Part shown: positions 10,901 through 19,495 of the stretch, one piece after another
Position numbering within the stretch: the stretch's first letter is position 1
How the letters are laid out: every line of letters starts with the position of its first letter
UHGV virus genome: UHGV-1373641
DNA from: a virus
Length of the DNA: 64,000 nucleotides
Direction: 5' to 3' (one strand)
Made by a program: the position numbers and the translations under genes
The notes under the pieces: model-generated
Databases searched by the model: none
The model's input: the letters and a program-made list of their open reading frames with translations, nothing else
What the model was told of the DNA's origin: nothing

Positions 10901-12079
10901 TGCCGCACCCTCAGAATCCATCATTGCGGATTTAAGGTCAAACCATGCGGTAGCCAATCTATTAAGCTCGGCTTGCAGACCGTGAGAAGCTTCTTCCGCT
11001 CCCTTAGCATACGTCTTTCCGACTTCTTCCGCAAAGGTACGAAGATGTTCAAGTCCCACTTCGCCTTTTTGGAGCATATCGTCAAGTTGTTTTGTGGTCA
11101 CTCCAATAGCTTTCGCAAAAAGATTCACTGCACCGGGCATTCTTTCAGAAAGCTGCAATCTAAGTTCTTCCGCGCTGACCTTGCCCTTAGAAATCATCTG
11201 AGAGATAGCGAGGAACACAGAGTCCATCTGTTCGCCAGTGAGTTTAAGTGCAACACCCATCTGGGAGAAGCTTTTAAAAATCATCTGAGCGTCGTTTTCT
11301 AAGACAGTGCCTTTCGCGGAAGCGAACAGAGCTTTTGCAGCTTGCGCAGTGTCGATAAAAGACAATCCGAGTTCATCACTTACTTTACGCACAAATCCGA
11401 GGGATTGCTCGGCTACTGCGGATTCTCCGTAAATCGACTTGAAAGAAAGCTGTAAGCTATCAAGAGCGGTGGTAGCGTTAAATACGGACTTGGTAAGCTC
11501 GACCATTCCGTACATACCGAAAGAAACGCCTACAGCGCCCGCTGCGGCTTGAACACCAGAAGTAAGGGAATACGGCGTAAGAAGCCCGGAAACGCCTCTA
11601 CCACCCTGTTTTGTGCGTTCCTGAGTGTCAGCAAATCGACGAAGAACCTCGTCCGACGCATTGATGCTTTTCGCAAACTCAATAGCTTCGGCGGATGTAA
11701 GCCCATACTCACGCTGCATCCGTTTTAACTGAGTTACCGCCCTTTCAACACCGCGCATCTCAAGGAATTTTTGCATCATAGAAGACGCTTTCGTCGCATC
11801 TACGCCGAAAGCACCTTGCAGAGCGTTCCCAATTTTATCAGTCTCACTTTTAATTCCTGCGGCGGCGGTTTTGGCGGACGCTTGAATACTTCCGATTGAC
11901 CTGATAATATTTATAGAAGCATTAGTAATATCAGCAACGGGCAGGGCTTTCTCCATGCTCCGAGAAATTTGCTGGCTTGTTTGAGTGATTACTTCTTTAA
12001 GATTGGTGAGAGTGCTTGCTGTTTTACTATCGTCAAGCTCCACCGGAATAACTAGCCGTGTGAGTCTTTTAGTCGCCAT
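7979..12079 (-). CDS. Tail tape measure protein
   Basis: 1366 aa, Ala/Gln-rich, long coiled-coil segments, glycine-rich C-terminal part. Located between chaperone and tail tip genes. Its start ATG overlaps the stop of the upstream ORF (TAATG). Confidence 0.85.
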   Translation of the reverse strand: MATKRLTRLVIPVELDDSKTASTLTNLKEVITQTSQQISRSMEKALPVADITNASINIIRSIGSIQASAKTAAAGIKSETDKIGNALQGAFGVDATKASSMMQKFLEMRGVERAVTQLKRMQREYGLTSAEAIEFAKSINASDEVLRRFADTQERTKQGGRGVSGLLTPYSLTSGVQAAAGAVGVSFGMYGMVELTKSVFNATTALDSLQLSFKSIYGESAVAEQSLGFVRKVSDELGLSFIDTAQAAKALFASAKGTVLENDAQMIFKSFSQMGVALKLTGEQMDSVFLAISQMISKGKVSAEELRLQLSERMPGAVNLFAKAIGVTTKQLDDMLQKGEVGLEHLRTFAEEVGKTYAKGAEEASHGLQAELNRLATAWFDLKSAMMDSEGAAAFIRVLTEITKFIGQNIDSIMNFVKWIGIVYTTLKVTTAFGVAVDALKNLRTAFTLTGVAAAETSGIMKAAQAVIAKFALAFNANPIALTVTALVAVGTAAYALSNQMSDSEKFISGYAKSFDEIASKSEKAAASQNNLSNSNKRLQEQYLSGEYVKRQMDFIQALQELPNVFSSTKVISFFDSILGPLSDTDSEALFTLRSQAVKLAKETRDAIDKALNEETDPKARDEMIKNTLDRFKIMFRTIKDGMKEAGASEEVIKQWDNFGGAILNAKDTADAAKAALEALTGEANKSGNSIAKFAEAYEAIRKGTKTTEFGKQLAGQEDFEAQIRGLLQMSEAQEQLENKTRNLLAAYTEQQNANTLTEEKMRELESAFDSMSSQSGQLDNAFRLVAEAAVSSGADASTLDSIIEKLGETFHLSSQDIDEFRTKLNSALSVAALQSAEQKLAAIEGKLATVGSKTSRAALTTLSSMKELQKGQEKQILEAIESGDFTNLLNAQGNKIAADVAKVYKEIAEKSEALVAAEEANRKAKRDANKKPKKIPEFDIEGFDVRVQKLFGTETNFAKIVEAEIEKLNASLATHKLDIKKVAEIYKDELPDGLHSVAEAQEFLSNKLKEGLFAKQAEKEKKAVDDLREKLMDFERAYSEIVSGDKGEAALKSYEKQSKQWKDTAEKLYRSISNSAFSSTEERIAAEQEYADTVARIDEWMAEQRIRTSGGVLDNLKLGIKDYYDQHKNYALGLGEVVTSTTDSMAAALSDFVVGGMRDFKSFGEAFDSLVNDMIRSLSKLLAQQLMSGILQSALGLFTGGIGGGGGADNAVSFSSWFGGINRKANGGVMTGISGHSNSIVTSPTLFSYGKEISQYANGAGLMGEAGPEAIMPLTRTSSGKLGVISKRENESSRPTSSSSSEVFVNVYNSTGQKAQTKQTQNANGSKSIDVIIGDVAAQQMLTPGTKANYAIRTQTGATPPTIKR

Positions 12080-12666
12080 TAAGATCCCTCTTCCGTGGAC
12101 AAATATTTTTCAAGCACTTTTTCGGCTGAGTCCGCAGTTTTACGCACATATCCCGCAGGTTGAAAAGGGTTTGGCGTGGATTTACCGGGAATGCCATGCT
12201 CTTCTTTTTTTGAAAAAACGTAGACTTTTCCGTCTACTTTACTTCTTTCCGTAAATCTGATAATTTCTTTCGTAGCTGGATCTCTGAATACTATACCGGG
12301 AGGTACGCCAAGTTTGTCTTCATATCGCATCCATTTTTTAGGACTTCTTTTTCCCTTGACAACATGGGGCTCCGTACCGTATTCAAGAAAATGTGCATAC
12401 CAAGCTCCAGCGTCAACAAGTTTAGCTTTTTTAGGTATTCTTTTTGATGGACGGACAAATGGCGTTTCTCTAAAATTTTCATTGGGCGTTACGTACCAAG
12501 GGTTCTTGGAAAGGGGGATACTTTTAGCATTTTTTATCATCTCAAGACGGAGCGCATTAGAAAAGCCCGTAAGGACTTTCGCACCCTCCGTCTCTATTTG
12601 AAATGAAATTTCAGAGAGAAGTTTGAGCGGGAGTTGTTGTACATTAAAAGCCATGTACACCTCCAA
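12079..12666 (-). CDS. Hypothetical protein translationally coupled to the tape measure gene
   Basis: 195-aa ORF. Stop TAA overlaps the TMP ATG. No recognisable motif. Confidence 0.4.
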   Translation of the reverse strand: MEVYMAFNVQQLPLKLLSEISFQIETEGAKVLTGFSNALRLEMIKNAKSIPLSKNPWYVTPNENFRETPFVRPSKRIPKKAKLVDAGAWYAHFLEYGTEPHVVKGKRSPKKWMRYEDKLGVPPGIVFRDPATKEIIRFTERSKVDGKVYVFSKKEEHGIPGKSTPNPFQPAGYVRKTADSAEKVLEKYLSTEEGS

Positions 12667-12697
12667 TCCATTACGGGCTTTTTAAGGGAGATTAAAA

Positions 12698-12958
12698 ATG
12701 AAAAAATTTTACGTTTTGCTTAGAGTCTTTGTTTCTGTTGAAATCATCGGTGCCTTGATTTTTGCCTTTGGTATTCTTGCGGACGTAAATGGAAAACCTT
12801 ATGGTACAAAGTTGGGCATAATCGGTTTGTATATGGCATTGAGTTGCCATGTGCTACTCAAGAGTGCAATTATTCCGGGCATCAATCAGATTGTTTCGAT
12901 GCGTAAAGAATGGGAGGTGCGCAAACGGCTGGATAAAGAAAACGCTGCGAAGAAGTAG
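12698..12958 (+). CDS. Small membrane protein on the opposite strand inside the tail module (moron-like)
   Basis: 86-aa ORF with two hydrophobic helices (VLLRVFVSVEIIGALIFAFGILA ; IIGLYMALSCHVLL). RBS-like GGGAGATTAAAAATG. Only plus-strand ORF in a 20-kb minus-strand block. Confidence 0.4.
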   Translation: MKKFYVLLRVFVSVEIIGALIFAFGILADVNGKPYGTKLGIIGLYMALSCHVLLKSAIIPGINQIVSMRKEWEVRKRLDKENAAKK

Positions 12959-12967
12959 GCGACTTTT

Positions 12968-13216
12968 TTATTCAATAACTTTTCCGCCATAAAGAGCGAA
13001 CATCGCCTTTTCTTGTTCTTCGGGGGTCATCTCTCTTTTTCTAGGAGATTGGCCCCCTTCTTCATTCTCTTGTTCTTCGTTTTTAATCTTATGGTAGGCA
13101 ACCCATCCCATGAACTCTTCTACGTCCATGTTTTCTAAAAGCTGGTTTACCGTCATATGAAGATCACGCGCAAGAGAATACGCAAACATCCAAAGCCAGC
13201 CAGTAGTTAGTTTTTT
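12968..13216 (-). CDS. GT-type C-terminal extension reached by -1 programmed frameshift from the chaperone gene
   Basis: Slippery A_AAA_AAC (minus strand, plus coords 13210..13216) lies 1 codon before the G stop. The -1 frame is open from the slip site into ORF 12968..13189 (checked codon by codon: K K L T T G W L W M F A Y...). Confidence 0.55.
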   Translation of the reverse strand, partial: KKLTTGWLWMFAYSLARDLHMTVNQLLENMDVEEFMGWVAYHKIKNEEQENEEGGQSPRKREMTPEEQEKAMFALYGGKVIE

Positions 13217-13578
13217 TCTGCCTCTTCCTGAGCCTTTTCATTGATAGTATTCATCTTTGATGCGGCTTCAACCAAGGCAGTAACAACCTGAACATCCTGA
13301 CTCAAAAGCCAATTGATGTCATTTTCAGTAAGCATCTGGTTGCCGTTCTCATCGACAAGGCAAGCAATAACCATGCGGTACATCGCAAAGTTATACTCTT
13401 CGACCTTTTTATCCTCGTCTTGAACTTTCTCGGCGCGGCTATAAATTTTCATTGCTTCCCCGGCGCTCAGTCTACGCATGTAAACTTCCGCGTCCCATAC
13501 GGGGATATAAAACTTGTCTTTCACAACAGTAAGACTATTACGCAGCTCCGCAAATTTTTCAATAGTAAGAATAGCCAT
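13207..13578 (-). CDS. Tail assembly chaperone (gpG-like)
   Basis: 123-aa acidic protein directly upstream of TMP region. Ends ...QEEAEKN-stop with a slippery heptamer just before the stop. Confidence 0.6.
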   Translation of the reverse strand: MAILTIEKFAELRNSLTVVKDKFYIPVWDAEVYMRRLSAGEAMKIYSRAEKVQDEDKKVEEYNFAMYRMVIACLVDENGNQMLTENDINWLLSQDVQVVTALVEAASKMNTINEKAQEEAEKN

Positions 13579-13650
13579 ATGATTCCTCTCCTGAATTTTT
13601 TTTTCGAGAGGGAGACGATTCTCCCTCTCTTTCTATTTGGTTGTTATAGA

Positions 13651-14454
13651 TTAAACGAAAGTGATAGCAATATCGGTCTTCGTACTGCCGGAAATGAGAT
13701 TCGCATCAGCATTAGCAAAAGCGCTATCCATAAAAGTCAAGGCGATATTAGAAACATCTGCCTTATTAGTAGCGGCTCCAGTGAAAGACAATTCAGCAAC
13801 CGTATCACTAACTTTCTTAAGAGCACCAACAAGTCCCGCCGGGGCATTAGCCAATTTATAATGCGTATTTGCGGTAAAGTTTGCGGCGTTTTCAACGCTC
13901 GTAGTAAATTTAGCAGTAGATTCCTTACCCGGAATAAGCGTTACAGTAACTTTACCAGTCACAGCGCCAGACGATTCAGTGCCAGCGAGTGTGCTATCCC
14001 AACTCAAGGTTGCGCGTTTACCACCAAAAACCCATTCAATCTTGCCGGAAACATCGAAAGTGTACGTAGTCGTATTCGCAGCACCGACACCACCAGAAAG
14101 CGGCATCCCGGTAAGCTGGCCCATGAAGTACATAACCGTACCCGTGGGGAATTCTACCTTACACGGACGGTAATCACGAGAGTACAAATCTTGCGTCAGC
14201 AAATTCTGATGCGTTTCACAAAGGTCATCAACATAACCGTTAAAAGTAATAGTGCCGTTATCAGGAATATCCGAGATTTTTTCTACGGCTTCCGATTGAG
14301 TAGTCGTAACGGTAATTGTAGGTTTGGAAATGTTAGGTCCATTCCAAGCCGAAATTCCCGGAACGTGTTCCCATACTGCCGTAGCGAAAGAAGACCCCGT
14401 ACCACGGAAGAATTTCAGTCCTTTACTCGTTCTGGCTTGATAAGATACAGCCAT
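13651..14454 (-). CDS. Major tail protein with C-terminal Ig-like domain
   Basis: 267 aa, beta-rich, T/S/A-rich C-terminal ~90 aa typical of Ig-like decoration on major tail proteins. Position upstream of the chaperone. Confidence 0.7.
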   Translation of the reverse strand: MAVSYQARTSKGLKFFRGTGSSFATAVWEHVPGISAWNGPNISKPTITVTTTQSEAVEKISDIPDNGTITFNGYVDDLCETHQNLLTQDLYSRDYRPCKVEFPTGTVMYFMGQLTGMPLSGGVGAANTTTYTFDVSGKIEWVFGGKRATLSWDSTLAGTESSGAVTGKVTVTLIPGKESTAKFTTSVENAANFTANTHYKLANAPAGLVGALKKVSDTVAELSFTGAATNKADVSNIALTFMDSAFANADANLISGSTKTDIAITFV

Positions 14455-14456
14455 TG

Positions 14457-14894
14457 TTAAGCTCCTTCTTCAAGGATAAAATCTACAGATTGGATATGCC
14501 AAATATTTTGCCCAATCTGCGTTGTTCCATAATGATCTCCATCTACGCAAGATGGAAACTCCGTTTCCGATAAACTTCTGATAATTTCGGAACCCTCTGT
14601 GGCGTCTGCATAGTTGGTGCTCATTACATCAACTTGTACACGGACTGACCGCAATAAGTCTCCCCTATCAGAAAGTGTTTTGTCCAAGGGATCTCCGGAA
14701 ATTCGATGAATTAGAACGAAGCGTTTAGTATTAGCTACAGTGTTCGCTTCGACGATTCCTTGGAAAATATTTTCACCAAAAAATTTTTTTACTTCTTGAG
14801 ACTTTATGAAAAGTTGAAAAAGTTTTGTTTCCGCTCTTTGGACAAGCTTTAATGGCGTATTAAGCATCGGAAAGTCTCCTACACATAACTTCAA
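14457..14894 (-). CDS. Tail terminator / tail completion protein (neck)
   Basis: 145-aa ORF between head-tail adaptor and major tail protein. Assignment by gene order only. Confidence 0.4.
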   Translation of the reverse strand: MKLCVGDFPMLNTPLKLVQRAETKLFQLFIKSQEVKKFFGENIFQGIVEANTVANTKRFVLIHRISGDPLDKTLSDRGDLLRSVRVQVDVMSTNYADATEGSEIIRSLSETEFPSCVDGDHYGTTQIGQNIWHIQSVDFILEEGA

Positions 14895-15219
14895 GATAAG
14901 TATTCTCTTTATTTATAGGAGGTGACTTTACTTCCAAAACAATATCGCCTTCATGATCCGAATGTAATATGAATCTACTTCTATCTGAAACGTCCGAACG
15001 AAATCTCATGGAAAGTCGTATCGTCCCTTCTCCTTGAGACTGAGAAGCAATCCAATATTCTCTCCCAGACATATATTCAATGCCAACATAGATGTCAGCT
15101 ACAGGATGATATAAACTTGTCGGTGAACCAGTAACGTCTCTTGATCGAACTTCTTTAAGCAATGTCGCTCTTTTATTTAATACGGCAGGATTTGAAGTAT
15201 AATCAAGCATATCAAACAA
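14860..15219 (-). CDS. Head-tail adaptor / head closure protein
   Basis: 119-aa ORF. Assignment by order after the gp6-like connector. Confidence 0.35.
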   Translation of the reverse strand: MFDMLDYTSNPAVLNKRATLLKEVRSRDVTGSPTSLYHPVADIYVGIEYMSGREYWIASQSQGEGTIRLSMRFRSDVSDRSRFILHSDHEGDIVLEVKSPPINKENTYLEVMCRRLSDA

Positions 15220-16174
15220 ATCCTATAATTTTAAATGTGTCCAATATATTATCTATAAAATTGCTTGGGAATAATGCGTCGTTAGATTTGCCAGCACGAA
15301 GGGCTATTTCAGACCTTTGCTGAAAGAGCGTTCCTGTACGAACCATAATCCATTGTTTCAAAGGATGAGGACAATTGCTTACAAAAACTTTTTGAGTTGG
15401 GATCGCATCAGGCGCAATATATAATTTCGGAATTTCCGTGATAGGAGGAAGCTTTACAGATTGGGCATCTACATAATTATGAAATTCATCGTGAATGAAA
15501 CCACCAGCATAATTTATGATGAGGGATGCACCTTTTACAATTGATGCTTCCGTAGTCTGAATTTCTACAACATCATCCTTGACAAAAATGGCAAGCACGG
15601 GTACGTTGTTTCCAACGGAATCATAGATTTGAAAATTTTCTGGTTTTGCATCGCCCATAATGGGTCGATTGAATACGAGAGTAACACTAGATTCAGTGAA
15701 TCCGGTTTTAGCTGGCTCAATGAAAGGAGATTCGTTAGTTACAATTTTTTCCAATTTTTCTTCTACCGTATATCCAGCGCGAAGAACAATCTTTGGATTA
15801 AGGGGAAATCCGCTCAAAGGGGAGAGAGATCCAATAAGCGGATTTCCTTGCGGCGACAACGCAGGGTATTCAACAGTATACAGGTCAGGAGAGACAGGCT
15901 GGCCCGAAGAGTCAAACACTTCTACGGATGTAACGGGAACCACGGGGAGAGGAACCGCAGACCCATTCATCTCTTTTTCGGAGGGAGTCCACGACCATTC
16001 TGAATCTACAAAAACTCGCCCGGTCTTCTGTTCCGCGTGAGTTGTAGCGGAAGCTATAAGATTTTCAATATAAAAATCTTCTTCCGCAGTTGTGGTATTC
16101 AGCCTCAAATGCTGCTTGACCTCTTCTACAGAAACAGGGTAGCATTTAGGGGCAATGGTCATGTCAAGACTCAT
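15212..16174 (-). CDS. Head-tail connector protein (gp6-like N-terminal domain) with C-terminal extension
   Basis: N-terminus ...VSVEEVKQHLRLNTTTAEEDFYIENLIASATTHAEQKTGRVF matches the gp6-like head-tail connector signature (xxEAKxHLRVD...). Extra ~200 aa beta-rich C-terminal part. Confidence 0.6.
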   Translation of the reverse strand: MSLDMTIAPKCYPVSVEEVKQHLRLNTTTAEEDFYIENLIASATTHAEQKTGRVFVDSEWSWTPSEKEMNGSAVPLPVVPVTSVEVFDSSGQPVSPDLYTVEYPALSPQGNPLIGSLSPLSGFPLNPKIVLRAGYTVEEKLEKIVTNESPFIEPAKTGFTESSVTLVFNRPIMGDAKPENFQIYDSVGNNVPVLAIFVKDDVVEIQTTEASIVKGASLIINYAGGFIHDEFHNYVDAQSVKLPPITEIPKLYIAPDAIPTQKVFVSNCPHPLKQWIMVRTGTLFQQRSEIALRAGKSNDALFPSNFIDNILDTFKIIGFV

Positions 16175-16179
16175 ATCGT

Positions 16180-16491
16180 CTATTTCCCTTCGTTAATTTT
16201 ATGCTTTACTTTATCGGCAAGTTCGGTAAGAACAATCTCGGCGGAACCGAAACCGGAACGACCACCGACAAAAGCAACGATAGTAAGATTTTCCCTTTTA
16301 AGGCGTTCATCAAGCCCGGCCTTTTTCAGGTCTTCTACGATACCCATAACATCTTCTGAAACGGAGGGGGCGGGAACCGCCCCACTCACAATTTCTTTTG
16401 ATGATTTAGGCTTCGCAGAGGACTTCGGAGTTTCATCAGCGATGACTTCTGTAGAAGCCATAACGCTGGTAGTCGCTTCATTGATAGCCAT
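16180..16491 (-). CDS. Hypothetical head-module protein
   Basis: 103-aa ORF between capsid and connector genes. Confidence 0.3.
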   Translation of the reverse strand: MAINEATTSVMASTEVIADETPKSSAKPKSSKEIVSGAVPAPSVSEDVMGIVEDLKKAGLDERLKRENLTIVAFVGGRSGFGSAEIVLTELADKVKHKINEGK

Positions 16492-16497
16492 AGAGAA

Positions 16498-16848
16498 TTA
16501 CTCCACCGGAACGAGGTCGGCACGCATCAGGACCGCATGAACGGTAGGAGTGCCTTCGGACTTAGTGACGGTTACTTTCACGAACTGGCGGCTACCGATG
16601 TAACCGACTTTAGCACTCTTGGCGGACGCAGTGACTTTCACTTCCGCAATGGGTTTAGTGAGGTCCAGAGGTTCAAGTTCCTCGGTAGCGGTAGAATCCG
16701 TGTCGCCATGCGTAATAGCAAGCGAAGCTTCATTGGTGCCGTCACCTTCGAGCACGAAAGTAACGGAATTGAACCCCTGAATGTCAATGGGAGTTCCCGA
16801 AGTAACCGGGACCACCTTCATATGAGATGCAAGATCTTTCATAGCCAT
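16498..16848 (-). CDS. Hypothetical head protein (possible decoration protein)
   Basis: 116-aa beta-rich ORF directly downstream of the major capsid gene. Confidence 0.3.
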   Translation of the reverse strand: MAMKDLASHMKVVPVTSGTPIDIQGFNSVTFVLEGDGTNEASLAITHGDTDSTATEELEPLDLTKPIAEVKVTASAKSAKVGYIGSRQFVKVTVTKSEGTPTVHAVLMRADLVPVE

Positions 16849-16868
16849 AATGATTTCTCCTTTTTTGC

Positions 16869-18170
16869 TTAGGCCGCGAACTTGAGCAGCTTAATAGCTT
16901 CAAAGTTCTGAATGCCGCCGCCAGTACGCAGGTCAATGTTGAAGATAACGAGAGGGGCCTTGGTCACGGTGTCTCGCTGGATACGCATACCGCGACGTTC
17001 GACAACAAGATATCCCTTACGGAAGTTGCCGAAGGCTATAGAGAAAGCATTGGCTTCAATGTCGGGCATATTTTCGTCAATTTCGATGTTGTAGCCGAGC
17101 AGGGTGTTCGGCTTGCCCATCTGCAAGGATGGCTGCCACAGATAGTTACCATCGTTATCCTTGAGCTTACGCACGGAGGACTCGGTAAAGGAGTTCATCA
17201 ACCAGTTAGCGCCCTGACGATAACCACGTTTCAGGAAGGTGGTCATATCGATAAGGCAATCGGCGGGGCCTTTATCCTTAGAGGCAGAATCGTAAGGAAG
17301 GAACGCACCAGACTTGCCAGTCTTAGCAAAACCGAGCTTGCCCCAATCAACACCAGCCTTGCCAGTCTGTTCGGCAACGGGATAGGCAAGAATGCCGAAA
17401 GGCTTCTTCACGCCATTGCCCCACACATGGGCATGAGCAATCGTTTCACCGAAGGCGATACGGGTACTGTCCATGAGTTCGGCTTCGATGTCGACATAAG
17501 AGTCTTCGATGAGTTCGGAAGACAAGGTGGGCTTCGCCATGAGCGTGTGAACATCCCACTTGAGCTGACCGTAATCCGGAGTCTTGGTTTCGCGGCGCGT
17601 TTCGACTTCACCAGTCCACACAGCGGATGATTCGGAAAGACGGACAGGACGTTCATAGCTTGACGTACCCGTGGTCTTCTTTTCAGCAAGACGGTAAATC
17701 GCAGAGTCATCACGAGCGAGTTTCAGGATATCACGTTCGACTTCCACAGGGACGAAAATGCCACCATAGGTATCAATACCAGACAGGAGGGTCTTCATTT
17801 CCGTTTCTGACTTGGGAAGGCCATAAGCTTTCGCGGCGCGCATTTCAGCTTCAATAAGAGCTGACTTTGATTCCTCGGGAAGATCCTGATAATTGGTCTT
17901 GTGGACGGTACGGAAGAAAGCGGACTTAACCATATCTTCACGAGTCTTCGGATCACCAGAAGGGGCGCTTGAAATCTTGAGACGCTTAATCTCTTCGTCC
18001 GCCTCAGCCTTATACTTCTTAAAGTCTTCGTCCTGTTTAGCAAGCATTTCTTTGAGATCGGAAATAGCGGCAGAGCTATCCTTTTTCAGGAGTTCGTCAC
18101 GCTTGTCGAGAGCAGCCTTCTGCTCCTCCCAAAGTGCATTGATCTTGTCGATAATAGTATTTTCAGCCAT
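16869..18170 (-). CDS. Major capsid protein, HK97 fold, with N-terminal delta (scaffold) domain
   Basis: Probable start MAENTIIDKINALWEEQ at 18170 (SD AGAGGA upstream). N-terminal ~110-aa coiled coil, then capsid core. Downstream of the prohead protease. Confidence 0.85.
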   Translation of the reverse strand: MAENTIIDKINALWEEQKAALDKRDELLKKDSSAAISDLKEMLAKQDEDFKKYKAEADEEIKRLKISSAPSGDPKTREDMVKSAFFRTVHKTNYQDLPEESKSALIEAEMRAAKAYGLPKSETEMKTLLSGIDTYGGIFVPVEVERDILKLARDDSAIYRLAEKKTTGTSSYERPVRLSESSAVWTGEVETRRETKTPDYGQLKWDVHTLMAKPTLSSELIEDSYVDIEAELMDSTRIAFGETIAHAHVWGNGVKKPFGILAYPVAEQTGKAGVDWGKLGFAKTGKSGAFLPYDSASKDKGPADCLIDMTTFLKRGYRQGANWLMNSFTESSVRKLKDNDGNYLWQPSLQMGKPNTLLGYNIEIDENMPDIEANAFSIAFGNFRKGYLVVERRGMRIQRDTVTKAPLVIFNIDLRTGGGIQNFEAIKLLKFAA

Positions 18171-18380
18171 AAAAACACTTCCTCTTTTCGAGATTTTTAA
18201 AATAGATAAAGTAAAAAGTACCTCCCATTCATCCCGAACTGAGGCATTGCCAATATTGACTTTGATAGTGTAAATCATATTTTTACATTTTTGTCAACCC
18301 CTTTTTTAAAAAGAACAAAAAAATTACGCCGTCTCAATTAAGAAAACGACGTAATAATCAGTCATATTTTTTATTAAAAA

Positions 18381-19319
18381 TTATTTTCTAAACAATGCTT
18401 CCAAGGCTTCCAGAGCTTCCCTTTCTGCATTTTCTTTACGTTTGGCAGCAATAGCCTCATCAAGCCATGCGGAAAGTTCTTCGTCCATTTTAGCTTCTTC
18501 TGTGTTTTCAGAAACAGTTTCGCCTTTCGTTTTATCTTCGGCGTTATTTTCGGGAGTATTGTTTTCGGGCTCATTCGACTCTTCGGAAATATTTACGGAT
18601 TCCTCTTGGATGCCCTTGGGTTCTTCATGAGTCTCCTTAGATTCTTCCGGCTGTTTAATTCCTTTGATTTCCGCATCAATATCAGCGGAGATAATGGATT
18701 TAAGCTGGACAACGATATCTTTGGCTTCCTTATTAGAAAAACCTTTTTCACGGAGGAATTGTTCGGCATCTCGCAGAGTGCCGATATTTTTCACCGCGTC
18801 AATAGTAGCTTCCGTATTCATGGGAAACGTCACCACAGACCCTTCAATGAGATGTACTTTATTTAATTCTCGGACAGTATATGCGGAAAATTTCCGACCG
18901 TATTTCTTTCCTTCCACATATTTATAATCTCTGGCTTGATAGCCAATGCTCATGCCCATAGAACCGGGATCTGATTCTTTCAAGACTGTCCACATATCTT
19001 TGCCAGACGTGGTGCTGAAAAGTTTCCCTTCTACATAAAGACCCTTTTCATCCTCACGCATAAGCGTCCATTTTCCAATAGGCTCAAGATCATCAGCGGT
19101 AAGTTTCATGCCGCCATGCTGCTTTAGCATTGGAGGATAATGCCCCTTATTTTTCCATTCTCGGAGAGTGTCTTTAAATGCGCCGGGCATGATAACGTCC
19201 ATACCTTGGTCGACATTATTACAAACGGCGAGATATCCGGAAAATGTATATTGATCTCCGTCATCACTTTTACATTCAAGATCACTAAAAGGGCAAAAAT
19301 GTTTCGTTTCAACTGTCAT
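18381..19319 (-). CDS. Prohead protease (HK97 family) with acidic C-terminal scaffold-like tail
   Basis: Motif DGDQYTFSGYLAVCNNVDQGMDVIMPGAFKDTL typical of HK97-type prohead proteases. C-terminal E/N-rich tail. Confidence 0.8.
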   Translation of the reverse strand: MTVETKHFCPFSDLECKSDDGDQYTFSGYLAVCNNVDQGMDVIMPGAFKDTLREWKNKGHYPPMLKQHGGMKLTADDLEPIGKWTLMREDEKGLYVEGKLFSTTSGKDMWTVLKESDPGSMGMSIGYQARDYKYVEGKKYGRKFSAYTVRELNKVHLIEGSVVTFPMNTEATIDAVKNIGTLRDAEQFLREKGFSNKEAKDIVVQLKSIISADIDAEIKGIKQPEESKETHEEPKGIQEESVNISEESNEPENNTPENNAEDKTKGETVSENTEEAKMDEELSAWLDEAIAAKRKENAEREALEALEALFRK

Positions 19320-19495
19320 TATTTTTTCTCCGAATTTCCTTTAAATTCGCTCTCCAGTTCCGCCAACTCTTTTTTAATGAGTTCATATTCAGTACAGGTT
19401 GGGTCGACGCCTTGCCGCAAAAGCTCCTCTACCCAATCCAAATCACGTTTCTTGAAATAAATAAGCTTAGAAAGGGTGGCTTTATCTTTACTCAT
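19319..19495 (-). CDS. Small hypothetical protein overlapping the portal stop
   Basis: 58-aa ORF (MSKDKATLSKLIYFKKRDLDW...). ATGAGTAA overlap with the portal stop suggests coupling. Confidence 0.3.
   Translation of the reverse strand: MSKDKATLSKLIYFKKRDLDWVEELLRQGVDPTCTEYELIKKELAELESEFKGNSEKK

Noticed and set aside
7979-12079. Many 60-170-aa ORFs on the plus strand inside the tape measure gene
   Set aside because: Antisense to a well-supported 1366-aa coding frame. Ala/Ser-rich translations typical of GC-skewed antisense frames.
12079-12666. Considered the 195-aa ORF as the tail assembly chaperone
   Set aside because: The slippery heptamer and the overlapping -1 ORF belong to the upstream 123-aa and 73-aa pair. 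The 195-aa ORF is an extra gene.
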